DNA from: an uncultured Gammaproteobacteria bacterium
GTDB lineage: Bacteria; Patescibacteriota; Patescibacteriia; Magasanikbacterales; UBA922
NCBI GenBank assembly: GCA_965231005.1
Contig: OZ246405.1
Location: 476,223-540,222, forward strand
DNA: 64,000 nucleotides
Direction of reading: 5' to 3'
Shown here one piece after another: positions 9,505 through 19,097 of the stretch (position 1 is its first letter; each line of letters begins with the position of its first letter). The notes beneath the pieces were generated by a model that saw nothing but the letters and a program-made list of their open reading frames with translations, ran no database searches and was not told the DNA's origin. A program made the position numbers and the translations under genes.

Positions 9505-9524
9505 GAGCCGATTTGAATTTTTTT

Positions 9525-10496
9525 ATGACTGACACCATACATATTTCTGAAGAAAACGCAGGCAAGCGCCTGGATGTTTTTTTAGTAGAAGAGACTGGTT
9601 TGAGCAGATCTCAAGTTCAAAAGAGCATTAAAGAACAGTCTGTATTAGTTAATGATGCTCCAGCAAAAAAAACAGGGCAACTTCTACATGCTGGTGATAA
9701 TATTTCTTTTCTTAAAAAGGAAGATGGCCCAACTATTTCAGCCACAAAGGAGCCTGTGCTGCATCCTTCGGATCATCCAATACACATTATTCATGAATCA
9801 AATGATTTTCTTGTTGTAGAAAAACCTGCAGGACTTCTTGTCCATCCAACACAAGCAAGCGAAAAAGATACATTAGCAGGGAGACTGATTCATTTGTTTC
9901 CAGGATTGGCTGGAGTTGGAGATAGTCCTGTCCGTCCGGGGATTGTTCATCGTTTGGATAGAGATGCTTCTGGATTACTTGTTGTCGCAAAAACACAAAA
10001 AATGTTTGAGCACTTAAAAAGTCAATTTAAAGCACGGACAATAAAAAAAGAATATGTTGTTTTAGTGCATGGACTTGTTGAAAAAGAATATGGCTCAATT
10101 GATTTTACCATTGATAGAGGAAAAGAAGGACGTATGGTTGCTCGGCCAAAAGTAACTCTGAATTTAAAAAACGTTAATAAAATGCAGCCAGGAAAAGAAG
10201 CATTAACAGACTATTCTGTTGAAAAGAGATTTGTTCGTCATACGCTTTTGCGCGTAAGAATCCATACTGGTCGTATGCATCAAATTCGTGTACACATGTT
10301 TGCTTTTAATCATCCAGTAGTAGGTGATACACTATATATTAATAAGAAATTATCTAAAAAAAGTGATAGGCCTCTTCATAGGATGTTTTTGCATGCACAA
10401 ACATTGTGCTTCCAAGATCTTTCTGGAAAAGAAATGTGTTTTTCTTCTGAACTTCCACAAGAGCTTCAATCGTATTTAGATGAATTTGATACATAA
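9525..10496 (+). CDS. rluD: RluA-family 23S rRNA pseudouridine synthase (RluD-like) with N-terminal S4 domain
   Basis: Catalytic motif HRLDRDASGLLVVAK is present. I placed the start at ATG 9525, because the longer ORF from TTG 9387 would run through the tRNA. Confidence 0.8.
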   Translation: MTDTIHISEENAGKRLDVFLVEETGLSRSQVQKSIKEQSVLVNDAPAKKTGQLLHAGDNISFLKKEDGPTISATKEPVLHPSDHPIHIIHESNDFLVVEKPAGLLVHPTQASEKDTLAGRLIHLFPGLAGVGDSPVRPGIVHRLDRDASGLLVVAKTQKMFEHLKSQFKARTIKKEYVVLVHGLVEKEYGSIDFTIDRGKEGRMVARPKVTLNLKNVNKMQPGKEALTDYSVEKRFVRHTLLRVRIHTGRMHQIRVHMFAFNHPVVGDTLYINKKLSKKSDRPLHRMFLHAQTLCFQDLSGKEMCFSSELPQELQSYLDEFDT

Positions 10497-10498
10497 GT

Positions 10499-11068
10499 AT
10501 GAAAGCAAAAGGAAACATCATTATTATTTCAGGACCTTCTGGAGCAGGGGAAGATAGCATCATCAATGGACTTGAGAAATTGTTGCCGATTGAGCGTGTG
10601 ATAACCACCACCTCGAGAGAAAAACGTCCGGGAGAAACAGAAAAAGATCCATATTATTTTATTTCAAAAGAAGCATTTGAAAAGGGAATTAAAGATGGAG
10701 ATTTTTTTGAACATGCAAAACACTATAACGATCAATACTATGGTGTGACAACCAGTGAAATAGAACGGGTAAAACAGAGCGAGCATTTGGGGGTTTGGAA
10801 GATTGATTATAAGGGTGTTATCAAAGCAAAAGAACTTATGCCTGACATTCCTGCCATTTTTGTAAATGCTCCTCTTGAGATTCTTGAACAGCGTATTCGA
10901 GGGCGTAAAGATATCACAGAAGCATATGTTCAAGAACGGATGGCTTATACGAAAGAATGGTTACAACATTTAGATATGTATGATTATTCTGTAGTAAATG
11001 AACAAGGCAAATTGAATGAAACAATTGCTCAAATTAAGGCTATTATTGATAAGGAGTTTTCCTCTTGA
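10499..11068 (+). CDS. gmk: Guanylate kinase homolog with degenerate Walker A (GPSGAGED)
   Basis: TTTSREKRPGE...YYFISKEAFEKGIKDGDFFEHAKHYNDQYYGVT aligns with Gmk core motifs. The P-loop Lys and Ser/Thr are replaced by Glu-Asp. Confidence 0.65.
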   Translation: MKAKGNIIIISGPSGAGEDSIINGLEKLLPIERVITTTSREKRPGETEKDPYYFISKEAFEKGIKDGDFFEHAKHYNDQYYGVTTSEIERVKQSEHLGVWKIDYKGVIKAKELMPDIPAIFVNAPLEILEQRIRGRKDITEAYVQERMAYTKEWLQHLDMYDYSVVNEQGKLNETIAQIKAIIDKEFSS

Positions 11069-11151
11069 CAAAAAAGTGCCTTTCAGGTACACTGAGCCTA
11101 CTTTAAAACGTCCGATGTTGGGACCGCTCAACCTCTCGCTAAATATATACT

Positions 11152-11568
11152 ATGTCAGAAGATATTAGAAATTCTCTGAAGCCAGGCATGATTGTCAAGG
11201 TTCATCAGAAAATTAAAGAAAAAAATATTAAAGGAGAAGAAAAACAAAGAATTCAAGTATTCGAAGGTTCTGTACTTGCTGTAAAGCACGGTAGCGAACC
11301 TGGAGCAACAGTGACTGTTCGTAAAGTTTCAAATGGTGTTGGTGTAGAAAAGATTTTTCCAATTCATTCACCTGTTATCGATAAAATTGAATTGATTCGA
11401 GAAATGAAAGTGCGACAATCTCGCGCATATTACCTCCGAACACATAAGAAAAAATTGAAAGAGGTTCGAAAACCAAAAAAGGCTGCAAAGGCGAAAAAAG
11501 CTCCAACAGCTAAAAAGGCTGAACCAAAAAAAGAAGAAAAGAAAGTAGAAAAGGTTGAAGCAAAATAA
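11152..11568 (+). CDS. rplS: 50S ribosomal protein L19 with Lys-rich C-terminal tail
   Basis: FEGSVLAVKHGSEPGATVTVRKVSNGVGVEKIFPIHSPVIDKIEL matches the L19 core. Confidence 0.85.
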   Translation: MSEDIRNSLKPGMIVKVHQKIKEKNIKGEEKQRIQVFEGSVLAVKHGSEPGATVTVRKVSNGVGVEKIFPIHSPVIDKIELIREMKVRQSRAYYLRTHKKKLKEVRKPKKAAKAKKAPTAKKAEPKKEEKKVEKVEAK

Positions 11569-11582
11569 ATGTATAATAAGAA

Positions 11583-11603
11583 CCCCGGGATACCGGGGTT
11601 TTT
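11583..11603 (+). terminator. Rho-independent terminator after rplS
   Basis: CCCCGG-gata-CCGGGG followed by TTTTT. Confidence 0.7.
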
Positions 11604-11750
11604 AATTTGTAGGAATTTTAATTTTAAAAACATCCCGTGTTATCACAGGATGTTTTATGTAGTACTTCGACTTCCTAACTATCTGAACTATGTTTAGCGC
11701 AGATAGTCAGGTGAAGTCGAAGCATGGCAACTACTGCACACTGACTTGGC

Positions 11751-12212
11751 TTAAAAGAGATCAAGGTCACCGAGCTCAAGGATTCTGACTTTGTCTGGCC
11801 GTTCACGTACAAGGTAGGCATCGTAGCCGATGAAGCGTTGTTTGTCCTTCAGGAACAAGGTACGGAGCCACCAGACTTCGTCGTCTATTTGGATCGACCC
11901 GTTTGAATTAACCTTGATTGTCACGCCTTGCTTTGCTGCATTGGTCAGTGAGAAGCGAGGGCCATTTTGGCAGACAATTCCTCCGATTGGATCGCTCGGC
12001 TGAGCAGGATTGCCTTTGGCATCAACGTAGGTGAGATTGGTAGGACAGGAGAAGGCTCTGCTTGGCTCAACTCGGATGATTGGGTTCTGGTACTTACCCG
12101 GTTCAACTCGATAGTAGTGCTCGGTTCCGTCTGCTCCGATCAAGACGATTTTGTAATCGCCAGCCTCTGGGTCAACGGTTAGTCTCCATTGACCAAATTC
12201 GAAGTGTTGCAT
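11751..12212 (-). CDS. Hypothetical protein (153 aa) in a higher-GC islet
   Basis: ORF with SD AAGGGGGT upstream of the MQHFEF start. No recognisable motifs. Confidence 0.5.
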   Translation of the reverse strand: MQHFEFGQWRLTVDPEAGDYKIVLIGADGTEHYYRVEPGKYQNPIIRVEPSRAFSCPTNLTYVDAKGNPAQPSDPIGGIVCQNGPRFSLTNAAKQGVTIKVNSNGSIQIDDEVWWLRTLFLKDKQRFIGYDAYLVRERPDKVRILELGDLDLF

Positions 12213-12362
12213 GGTACCCCCTTTGCTGTGCATTTTTTTATATCATGTTTAAAACAAATGGTCAATGACAAGGATTTCAATATAGTTGTACCATTGACAG
12301 ATTTTCATTTTTGTGATAGGTTAAATCGTCGGCAATACTGCCGCTTTTACATGGAGGCTGCA

Positions 12363-12881
12363 ATGCTCAGCTCTTTGAAAAAAGGAACACTGCGGTTTCT
12401 GTTCCAAGAACTATGCAAAAAAGCTGGTATGCTTCGCAAGTGGATGCCTGCTAACGATGAAACAGCACACATCGTCCGCAAAGTGACTTTGACGTGGGCA
12501 GGAACTCGAGCAGGACAAATTCGTCCAAGCATGCGACATATCGAAATCGAAGCATCCAAACCGTTTACGGTATTGGTTGGGTTCGATCTTTCCATACCTC
12601 TGGTACTGAGCAACGGCTACGATCCATATGGCCAACTTTCTTCAGTCCGCTGTCCTGATGGAATCCACCGTGTTGTTTTCGCAACGTTTGTGGGCAGAGG
12701 ACCAAAGACGTTTGAGCTTCTGGTTCGGTTTGATGTCGATTTGTTCGACCTTGAGGTTGAGGATCTACGAACGCTTTCTTTTGAATACAAAGTAGATGCC
12801 AGATTCGACTTGAGTAACAGTCGAGAACCGCAGGCTGCCTACGAGCCACACAGTTGGCAGAAGTTTGGCTTTTTCAGCTGA
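12363..12881 (+). CDS. Hypothetical protein (173 aa) in a higher-GC islet, divergent from the previous gene
   Basis: GGAGG lies 5 nt upstream of ATG 12363. No recognisable motifs. Confidence 0.5.
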   Translation: MLSSLKKGTLRFLFQELCKKAGMLRKWMPANDETAHIVRKVTLTWAGTRAGQIRPSMRHIEIEASKPFTVLVGFDLSIPLVLSNGYDPYGQLSSVRCPDGIHRVVFATFVGRGPKTFELLVRFDVDLFDLEVEDLRTLSFEYKVDARFDLSNSREPQAAYEPHSWQKFGFFS

Positions 12882-12898
12882 GCACTACACAACAAACG

Positions 12899-12942
12899 GC
12901 CCCAGTACTGAGCGCAGTACTGGGGCCGGAGGATGATTTTTG
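12899..12942. terminator. Strong hairpin (13-bp perfect stem) plus T-run; probable bidirectional terminator between the islet and uvrA
   Basis: GGCCCCAGTACTG-agcg-CAGTACTGGGGCC followed by ...GATTTTTG. Confidence 0.55.
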
Positions 12943-12959
12943 AGCAATATGCTCTTTTT

Positions 12960-15827
12960 TTATTTCATTTCAGCTTTCAAAAATTTTCCAGTCCAACTTT
13001 CTTTTGACTTTATAATATCTTTTGGTGCGCCTTCAGCAACAAGTGTCCCACCTTTTTTTCCACCTTCTGGTCCCATATCAATAATCCAGTCAGCAGATTT
13101 AATTACATCAAGACTATGTTCAATAATTAAGACGGTGTTTCCTTTATCAACCAATTTATTGAGAACACTGAGCAGGCGTTTAATATCATCAAAATGAAGG
13201 CCAGCAGTAGGTTCATCAAGAATATACAGTGTCTTTCCTGTTGCTTTTCTTGAAAGTTCTGTTGCAAGTTTTACACGTTGTGCCTCACCACCAGAAAGGG
13301 TTGTTGCTGGTTGTCCAAGTTTAATATATCCAAGTCCAACATCGCGCAGCACTTGTAACTTATCTGCAATATTTTTTGTGTCAGAGAAAAATGAGTATGC
13401 TTGCTCAATCGTCATTTCAAGAACATTTGAAATGTCTTTTCCACGGTAGTGCACTTCAAGTGTATCTCTGTTGTATCGTGTTCCTTCACATTCATTACAT
13501 TCTACAAATACATCAGTCAAAAATTGCATTGGGATTCTCACATATCCTTCTCCAGTACATGCTTCACAACGACCACCACCTTTTACATTGAAACTAAATG
13601 TTCCAGCATCATAGTTTCGAAGTTGTGCTTCTGATTGGCTTGCAAAAAGATCACGAATACTTGTGAATACACCAGTGTACGTTGCAGGGTTACTTCGTGG
13701 TGTTCGACCAATCGGTGTTTGGTCAATCGAAATAACTTTATTAAGATTGCTTAGTCCTTTTATTTTGGTATGTTCACCTGGTTCTGTTTTTGCTCTGTGG
13801 AAATGCTTGCTGAGTGCACGACTCAAAATTTTATGAATGAGTGTTGTTTTTCCAGATCCAGATACACCTGTTACACAAATTAATTTTGCAAGTGGAATAT
13901 CAACATCAATATTTTTTAAGTTAAATGCTTTTGCTCCAGCAATAGTGATTTTCTTACCACTTCCTTTTCGCACTTTTTTTGGAATAGGAATTTTTTCTTT
14001 TCCAGTAAGGTAGTTTCCTGTTATTGATTTTGCATTTTTCTTAATTTGATTAGTACTTCCTTTTGCAATGATTTCACCACCATAGGTTCCAGCCCCTGGA
14101 CCAACATCAATCACATAGTCAGCAGCTTCAATCAATCCTTTATCATGTTCTACAACAATTACACTGTTCCCAATATCACGAAGATATTTAAGTGTCTTGA
14201 TGAGTTTTTCAGAGTCTTTTGAATGAAGACCAATAGATGGTTCATCTAATATATAAATAACACCAGTAAGACCAGCAGAAAGCTGTGTAGAAAGACGAAT
14301 ACGCTGCGCTTCACCACCAGAGAGTGTATTAAGTGATCTATCAAGAGATAAATAATTAAGTCCTACACGAACAAGATGATCCAATCGTGTTGTTATCTCG
14401 TCAACAATTGGTTTTGCAACAGCCATATGACCTTGCAAGATTGTTTCAACAAATGATGAAGTGTTCTTCGCATCTTTTGCTTTTTTCTTATCCATTGCCT
14501 TTTTTGCAGCGCTAAACAATTCAGCTGCTTCCTCAACACTCATTTCAGAAATATCTGCGATAGAGAATTCTCCAATTTTTACTGCTAAGGATTCTGGTTT
14601 CAATCGTTTTCCATCACACACAGGACATGCGCGTTCACGCATATAATGCTCAATTTCTTTTCGAATGTATTCAGAAGTTGTTTGTAAATGTCGTTGTGTC
14701 AAATTTGGAATAATTCCTTCAAAGTGAACTTTCTTTTTATCAATTTCATACACCTGTCCATCAGTTCCAAAATACAACATGTCCATAACAGATTTTGGCA
14801 AGTCTTGCACAGGAACATGCGTGCTAAAATTATGAGCTTTTGCAACAGCCTCGAGAAGTTTTTGGTAGTGTTGTTGATTTCCAACAATACGTGTCCATGG
14901 TTGAATAGCTCCTTCTGCAAGTGTAAGGCGGGGATTTGGAATAACTAGTTCAGGATCTACATCTAAAATCAATCCAAGTCCACCACATCGCTGACAAGCA
15001 CCATATGGGCTATTAAAGCTAAATGAGCGGGGTTCTATTGGTTCAAAGGTCTTTCCTGTTGCCAAACATACTGGAATGGTTGAATAGGTATGTTCTTCAC
15101 CTTCTTCTTCATTTTCAATAACAACAAAGCCATTTGAAAGATCTACAGCTTTTTCAATAAGTGGGTGAAGCGTTTTGGTTTGTTTTCCTGTTATTCTTCC
15201 GAGCACGATTTCAATATCGTAGTTTCGTGTGAGTTCAAACTTAAATTTGCTGAGTTGTGCAATACTCATTTGCACACCATTTACTCGGAATCTGTCATAT
15301 CCAGTTTGTTCCAATTTTTTGATAAGAAGTTTTGGTTTTATTTGTTGCTGTTTAATAACAGGGGACAGTACAAGTAATTCTGTTCCAGCCTTTGTCAATT
15401 TTCTGACGAGTTCTGTTATTTGCCCGATTGAATGTTGGACAACAGGCGTATTTGTTTCAGGACAAAATTGAACACCAACACGTGCAAATAATAGACGAAG
15501 ATAGTCTGCTATTTCAGTTGCTGTTCCAACAGTAGAGCGAGGATTTTGTGTGTAATTCTTTTGATCAATCGCAATAGTTGGAGAAAGACCTTGGATTTCA
15601 TCGACATCAGGTTTGTCCTGCATATCCATGAATTGTCGAGCATATGCATTTAAACTTTCTGCATATCTTCGTTGTCCTTCTGCGTAAATTGTGTCAAACG
15701 CAAGAGATGATTTTCCAGATCCGGAAAGTCCAGTGATAACAACGAGTTTATTTTTTGGAATGTCTATTGAAACGTTTTTTAAATTATGTACGCGGGCATT
15801 TTTTATGTGAATCATCTGATTGGCCAT
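12960..15827 (-). CDS. uvrA: Excinuclease ABC subunit A
   Basis: 955 aa with two ABC ATPase modules ([20 protein letters not shown]) and zinc-finger CxxC pairs. Full-length UvrA architecture. Confidence 0.95.
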   Translation of the reverse strand: MANQMIHIKNARVHNLKNVSIDIPKNKLVVITGLSGSGKSSLAFDTIYAEGQRRYAESLNAYARQFMDMQDKPDVDEIQGLSPTIAIDQKNYTQNPRSTVGTATEIADYLRLLFARVGVQFCPETNTPVVQHSIGQITELVRKLTKAGTELLVLSPVIKQQQIKPKLLIKKLEQTGYDRFRVNGVQMSIAQLSKFKFELTRNYDIEIVLGRITGKQTKTLHPLIEKAVDLSNGFVVIENEEEGEEHTYSTIPVCLATGKTFEPIEPRSFSFNSPYGACQRCGGLGLILDVDPELVIPNPRLTLAEGAIQPWTRIVGNQQHYQKLLEAVAKAHNFSTHVPVQDLPKSVMDMLYFGTDGQVYEIDKKKVHFEGIIPNLTQRHLQTTSEYIRKEIEHYMRERACPVCDGKRLKPESLAVKIGEFSIADISEMSVEEAAELFSAAKKAMDKKKAKDAKNTSSFVETILQGHMAVAKPIVDEITTRLDHLVRVGLNYLSLDRSLNTLSGGEAQRIRLSTQLSAGLTGVIYILDEPSIGLHSKDSEKLIKTLKYLRDIGNSVIVVEHDKGLIEAADYVIDVGPGAGTYGGEIIAKGSTNQIKKNAKSITGNYLTGKEKIPIPKKVRKGSGKKITIAGAKAFNLKNIDVDIPLAKLICVTGVSGSGKTTLIHKILSRALSKHFHRAKTEPGEHTKIKGLSNLNKVISIDQTPIGRTPRSNPATYTGVFTSIRDLFASQSEAQLRNYDAGTFSFNVKGGGRCEACTGEGYVRIPMQFLTDVFVECNECEGTRYNRDTLEVHYRGKDISNVLEMTIEQAYSFFSDTKNIADKLQVLRDVGLGYIKLGQPATTLSGGEAQRVKLATELSRKATGKTLYILDEPTAGLHFDDIKRLLSVLNKLVDKGNTVLIIEHSLDVIKSADWIIDMGPEGGKKGGTLVAEGAPKDIIKSKESWTGKFLKAEMK

Positions 15828-15865
15828 AGTATGTTGTTCTTTCTTAGCAATAAATAATTAGTATG

Positions 15866-17272
15866 TTATCTGTATCCGAATTTTCCGTAGAATTTTCTTC
15901 GTTGTGCTGACTGACTTCCTATGTCGACATCGTGAATCAATCCGGCATTGATATTGAGTATGACACCTTTTTTAAGTTCTTCAGCAGTAAGCATGTATTT
16001 TTTATTTTCTGGAACTTTTGCCGTTTGCGAGAATGCTCCATTGTCACCAAGATCAACAATATTATTTCCTATTTTTCCAATCCAGTGGTCTTCGTCGAGA
16101 ATGAAGTCAAAGGCCTCGTTCATATCTAGGTCAAGTACAAATCCTTTGAAGCTTCCTCCAGCACAGTTTTTTACTGCTTTGTCTATTTGTGCATCAGAAG
16201 CTCTTACTGTATAAAAGATTGTTTTTGTCACATCGTCGTTTGCTGTTCCTCCTTGGACTACTTTTTTATGAGATCCATCATCACAAACTGCATATAAATG
16301 TATTGTTTTTACCCACGTCCATGTCCATGATTCTGAAAGTAATTGTCCAGTAAATGAGTCAGCATAGAGATCGCTGTTATATATCATTCCTACAATATTT
16401 GACTTATAGCATCCAGGTGTGTCCTTTGGTCGTTGGAAACACATAAAGGTTTGTCCTGGCGAAGGACCACAGTATGATCCAAGACAGCTTTGCCCTCCAC
16501 TATCTTCTACAATATATTTGCTTCCACAGAGTCCTTCCTTTGCTTCTACATCAAATTTCAATGTTGGATCTTTAGACTTTTTTTCAAGAATTTGTGCTTG
16601 CTCAGCAGCGCTTTTCTCTAAATCTTTTTTGCTTAAAGCAAGAGCAAGTCTTCCTTTTCCTTTCTCACAGAAAAGGGGAGCGTTTTGTTGCGGTTGAATT
16701 AGCCATGTTTGTGGCAATCTAAAATTCACTAAATATGGGTTAACTGTATTTAAAATGAAATAAGAAAGTGACGCTAGAAACATTCCCATGAGCGCACCAG
16801 CTATTTTTTTCTTTGCCGATGTAATTACTTCTGTATTTCCTCCAGAGGTAATCCATCCAAATCCAGCAAGCATAATTACAAGGAGTGCAATGATTCCTGC
16901 AATAACAATGCCATATCTATACATGAGTTGAATGAACTCTCCAACGTTTGCAAAAGAGGTTGTTCCACCAAAACTTGTTTGGGTTTCTGCAACAGTTGAT
17001 GGATAACAAAAACCAATTGGGAATACATCTTTTCCTATCGCTATTTCTGTTCCACCACACGCCTTTTGCGCATCTATCCCTTGGTACAGTGGATTTTGTT
17101 TTGCTTCTTCCTCACTAAGACCAAATGGACCAGACTTTCTAAGTTCAATGCAGTCGTTTAATGTAAAACAGCGGCTGTCTGTTTGTGCCGCTGCAACGTT
17201 TGGAAATATAATACCTATACTTATTGTCAGTACGAAAAGGGGAAGAATTTTTTTGAATAATTGGACAGCCAT
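15866..17272 (-). CDS. Cys-containing secreted or membrane protein with central double-TM hairpin
   Basis: Signal peptide MAVQLFKKILPLFVLTISIGIIFPNVAAAQ. Central YGIVIAGIIALLVIMLAGFGW...IAGALMGMFLASLSYFIL forms a TM-loop-TM unit. I chose the start at the internal Met that abuts the upstream stop; the alternative start at 17338 would overlap dsbA. Confidence 0.5.
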   Translation of the reverse strand: MAVQLFKKILPLFVLTISIGIIFPNVAAAQTDSRCFTLNDCIELRKSGPFGLSEEEAKQNPLYQGIDAQKACGGTEIAIGKDVFPIGFCYPSTVAETQTSFGGTTSFANVGEFIQLMYRYGIVIAGIIALLVIMLAGFGWITSGGNTEVITSAKKKIAGALMGMFLASLSYFILNTVNPYLVNFRLPQTWLIQPQQNAPLFCEKGKGRLALALSKKDLEKSAAEQAQILEKKSKDPTLKFDVEAKEGLCGSKYIVEDSGGQSCLGSYCGPSPGQTFMCFQRPKDTPGCYKSNIVGMIYNSDLYADSFTGQLLSESWTWTWVKTIHLYAVCDDGSHKKVVQGGTANDDVTKTIFYTVRASDAQIDKAVKNCAGGSFKGFVLDLDMNEAFDFILDEDHWIGKIGNNIVDLGDNGAFSQTAKVPENKKYMLTAEELKKGVILNINAGLIHDVDIGSQSAQRRKFYGKFGYR

Positions 17273-17273
17273 A

Positions 17274-18044
17274 TTACGTATTGTTGGTTGATAATTGTCC
17301 GAGTAAGAGTGTATTCCACTGATCTTCTGTGATAACACCTTCTACTTTTACATCGTTTACAAAATAGGTCGGTGTTCCACGAACACCAAGGTCAATACCA
17401 TCTTGTAAGTCTTGTTGTACATTTCTTAAATATTTTTTCGATGACAAACATGTTGAAAATGTTGTGGTGTCCAATCCTAATTGATTTGCATATTGGAAAA
17501 GAGAGGACTCACTCAAATTCTTTTTTTCAAAAAGTAACCCATAATAATTCCAGAATCTTCCTTGTTCTTGCGCACATGCTGCTGCAAGACTTGCTTGTGT
17601 TGCATTTGGATGGATACTGTCAATTGGAAAATGTTTGAATACAATGTGAACGGCAGAATTGTATTGTTTAGAAATTTTTTGAAAGATCGGATACGATTGT
17701 TGACAAAACGGACACTCAAAATCTATAAATGCAAGAATAGTTATTGGTTCGTTTCCACTACCAATCTTCGGGTCTGCTTTTCTAATCCTTTGTAATATAT
17801 CTGGAAGAGAAGCAGTACTTGTTTGATCTGAAAGACCTGGTGTTTTTGTAAATCCAGAAGAAAATTCTTTTGCAAGATCGCCGTCTGTTCCTGTCTGAAT
17901 TTTGAAGAAATAATAACCTGAGATTCCAATAAAACCGACGATAAAAAGCCCAATGATTGATGCAATACCAATCAATAATACTCCAGCAGGTCTTTTGTAA
18001 AAAGGCTTTTTTGTTTGTGTTTCTGTGCTGAAAGAAGTGCTCAT
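17274..18044 (-). CDS. dsbA: Membrane-anchored DsbA-like thiol:disulfide oxidoreductase (CPFC active site)
   Basis: N-terminal TM anchor. Thioredoxin fold with FDFECPFC and the downstream GTPTYFVN motif. Confidence 0.75.
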   Translation of the reverse strand: MSTSFSTETQTKKPFYKRPAGVLLIGIASIIGLFIVGFIGISGYYFFKIQTGTDGDLAKEFSSGFTKTPGLSDQTSTASLPDILQRIRKADPKIGSGNEPITILAFIDFECPFCQQSYPIFQKISKQYNSAVHIVFKHFPIDSIHPNATQASLAAACAQEQGRFWNYYGLLFEKKNLSESSLFQYANQLGLDTTTFSTCLSSKKYLRNVQQDLQDGIDLGVRGTPTYFVNDVKVEGVITEDQWNTLLLGQLSTNNT

Positions 18045-18264
18045 AAAGACGACAGGTCATTTGAATAAACATAGTATAGCATATTTTTTAATCTGTCAAT
18101 AGTTAGGCGGGGACACTTTTTTTCTGGCATCTTTGGACAAAAAAAATCTCGATTTTTCGAGATTTCTTTTGCAGTTTAAACACACAATATATTATATGTT
18201 TAAAGTGGGTTCGCAGTAGTGTGGGAACTACTGCGAAGACCCCCCTTCGTTCTTGTCCCTGGTC

Positions 18265-18939
18265 TTACGACGCACGCTTGTTCAAGAGTCTGTCCATGTC
18301 GTGGATTGCCTTTTTGAATGAGACAATGTCTGCTTCACTGATGTCGTCGCCAATGTCAGCTTCTCGCACTACTTGGCGCATGATCCGGAGGACTTCCTGT
18401 GGAGGATTCTGCAGAGCAGACTCAGCACCGAGCTTCTTTCTCAGACTCTCTTGGATGAAGTAGCAAAGGAGATATGTTGAAATACCTCTCATGTTCAAGT
18501 CACTGGAACTTGCGAACATGAGATATTCCAACATCTGCATGGCCTTTTTCAGGTCTTCGACGCTTTTCCAGGTTTTGTATGCCGACCAGTACAGCTTGCC
18601 AAGTTCCATGACAGCGATCTTATCGGCCCTCAGCACCTCATGTTCCAGTGGGTTCGGCGCTGCAAGCACCTGTACATCAATGGAATTCAGTGCCTCCCGG
18701 ATTTTTGCCTTTTGTGCAGCTTTTTCGACTTTGCTTCCTTTTGCTTCTGCGTTCCGTAGCGCTCTGTTAGCCTTTTCAACAATCCTGAATACGTCCTGGA
18801 TCGATTTGATTGTCAGATCGGTGAAAGGGAACAGAAAGACAGTGGCATCGTTGCCATCTCTCAAGTCAGGCTGGGTTGTGCCGCTCACAGGCGGGAGCGG
18901 AATCACATTGCCGCCCTTCCCAGATGTACACTTACTCAT
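18265..18939 (-). CDS. Hypothetical protein (225 aa), higher-GC gene
   Basis: SD GAGGAGGTG upstream of the MSKCTSG start. A hairpin terminator TTCGCAGTAGT...CTACTGCGAA lies just downstream at about 18218-18246. Confidence 0.5.
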   Translation of the reverse strand: MSKCTSGKGGNVIPLPPVSGTTQPDLRDGNDATVFLFPFTDLTIKSIQDVFRIVEKANRALRNAEAKGSKVEKAAQKAKIREALNSIDVQVLAAPNPLEHEVLRADKIAVMELGKLYWSAYKTWKSVEDLKKAMQMLEYLMFASSSDLNMRGISTYLLCYFIQESLRKKLGAESALQNPPQEVLRIMRQVVREADIGDDISEADIVSFKKAIHDMDRLLNKRAS

Positions 18940-19019
18940 GTGCACCTCCTCGTCCATATTTTTTTGGGACCCTCTATATAACCATATTTTTTGATATACG
19001 TCAAGTCCCCAAGGAAGAT

Positions 19020-19048
19020 TTGACATATATATAGGAAAGTCATACAAT
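19020..19048 (+). promoter_or_regulatory. Sigma70-like promoter (TTGACA-17-TACAAT) for the gene at 19098
   Basis: Hexamers read directly from the sequence. This is a divergent promoter region. Confidence 0.35.
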
Positions 19049-19097
19049 ATAACACATATAATATCCTTAAAAAATCCTTATATTTAACATAAATTTT

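Noticed and set aside
9387-9524. N-terminal extension of the pseudouridine synthase ORF from TTG 9387
   Set aside because: It would be translated straight through the tRNA-Ile gene and its duplicated fragment. The internal ATG at 9525 gives a canonical S4-RluA protein.
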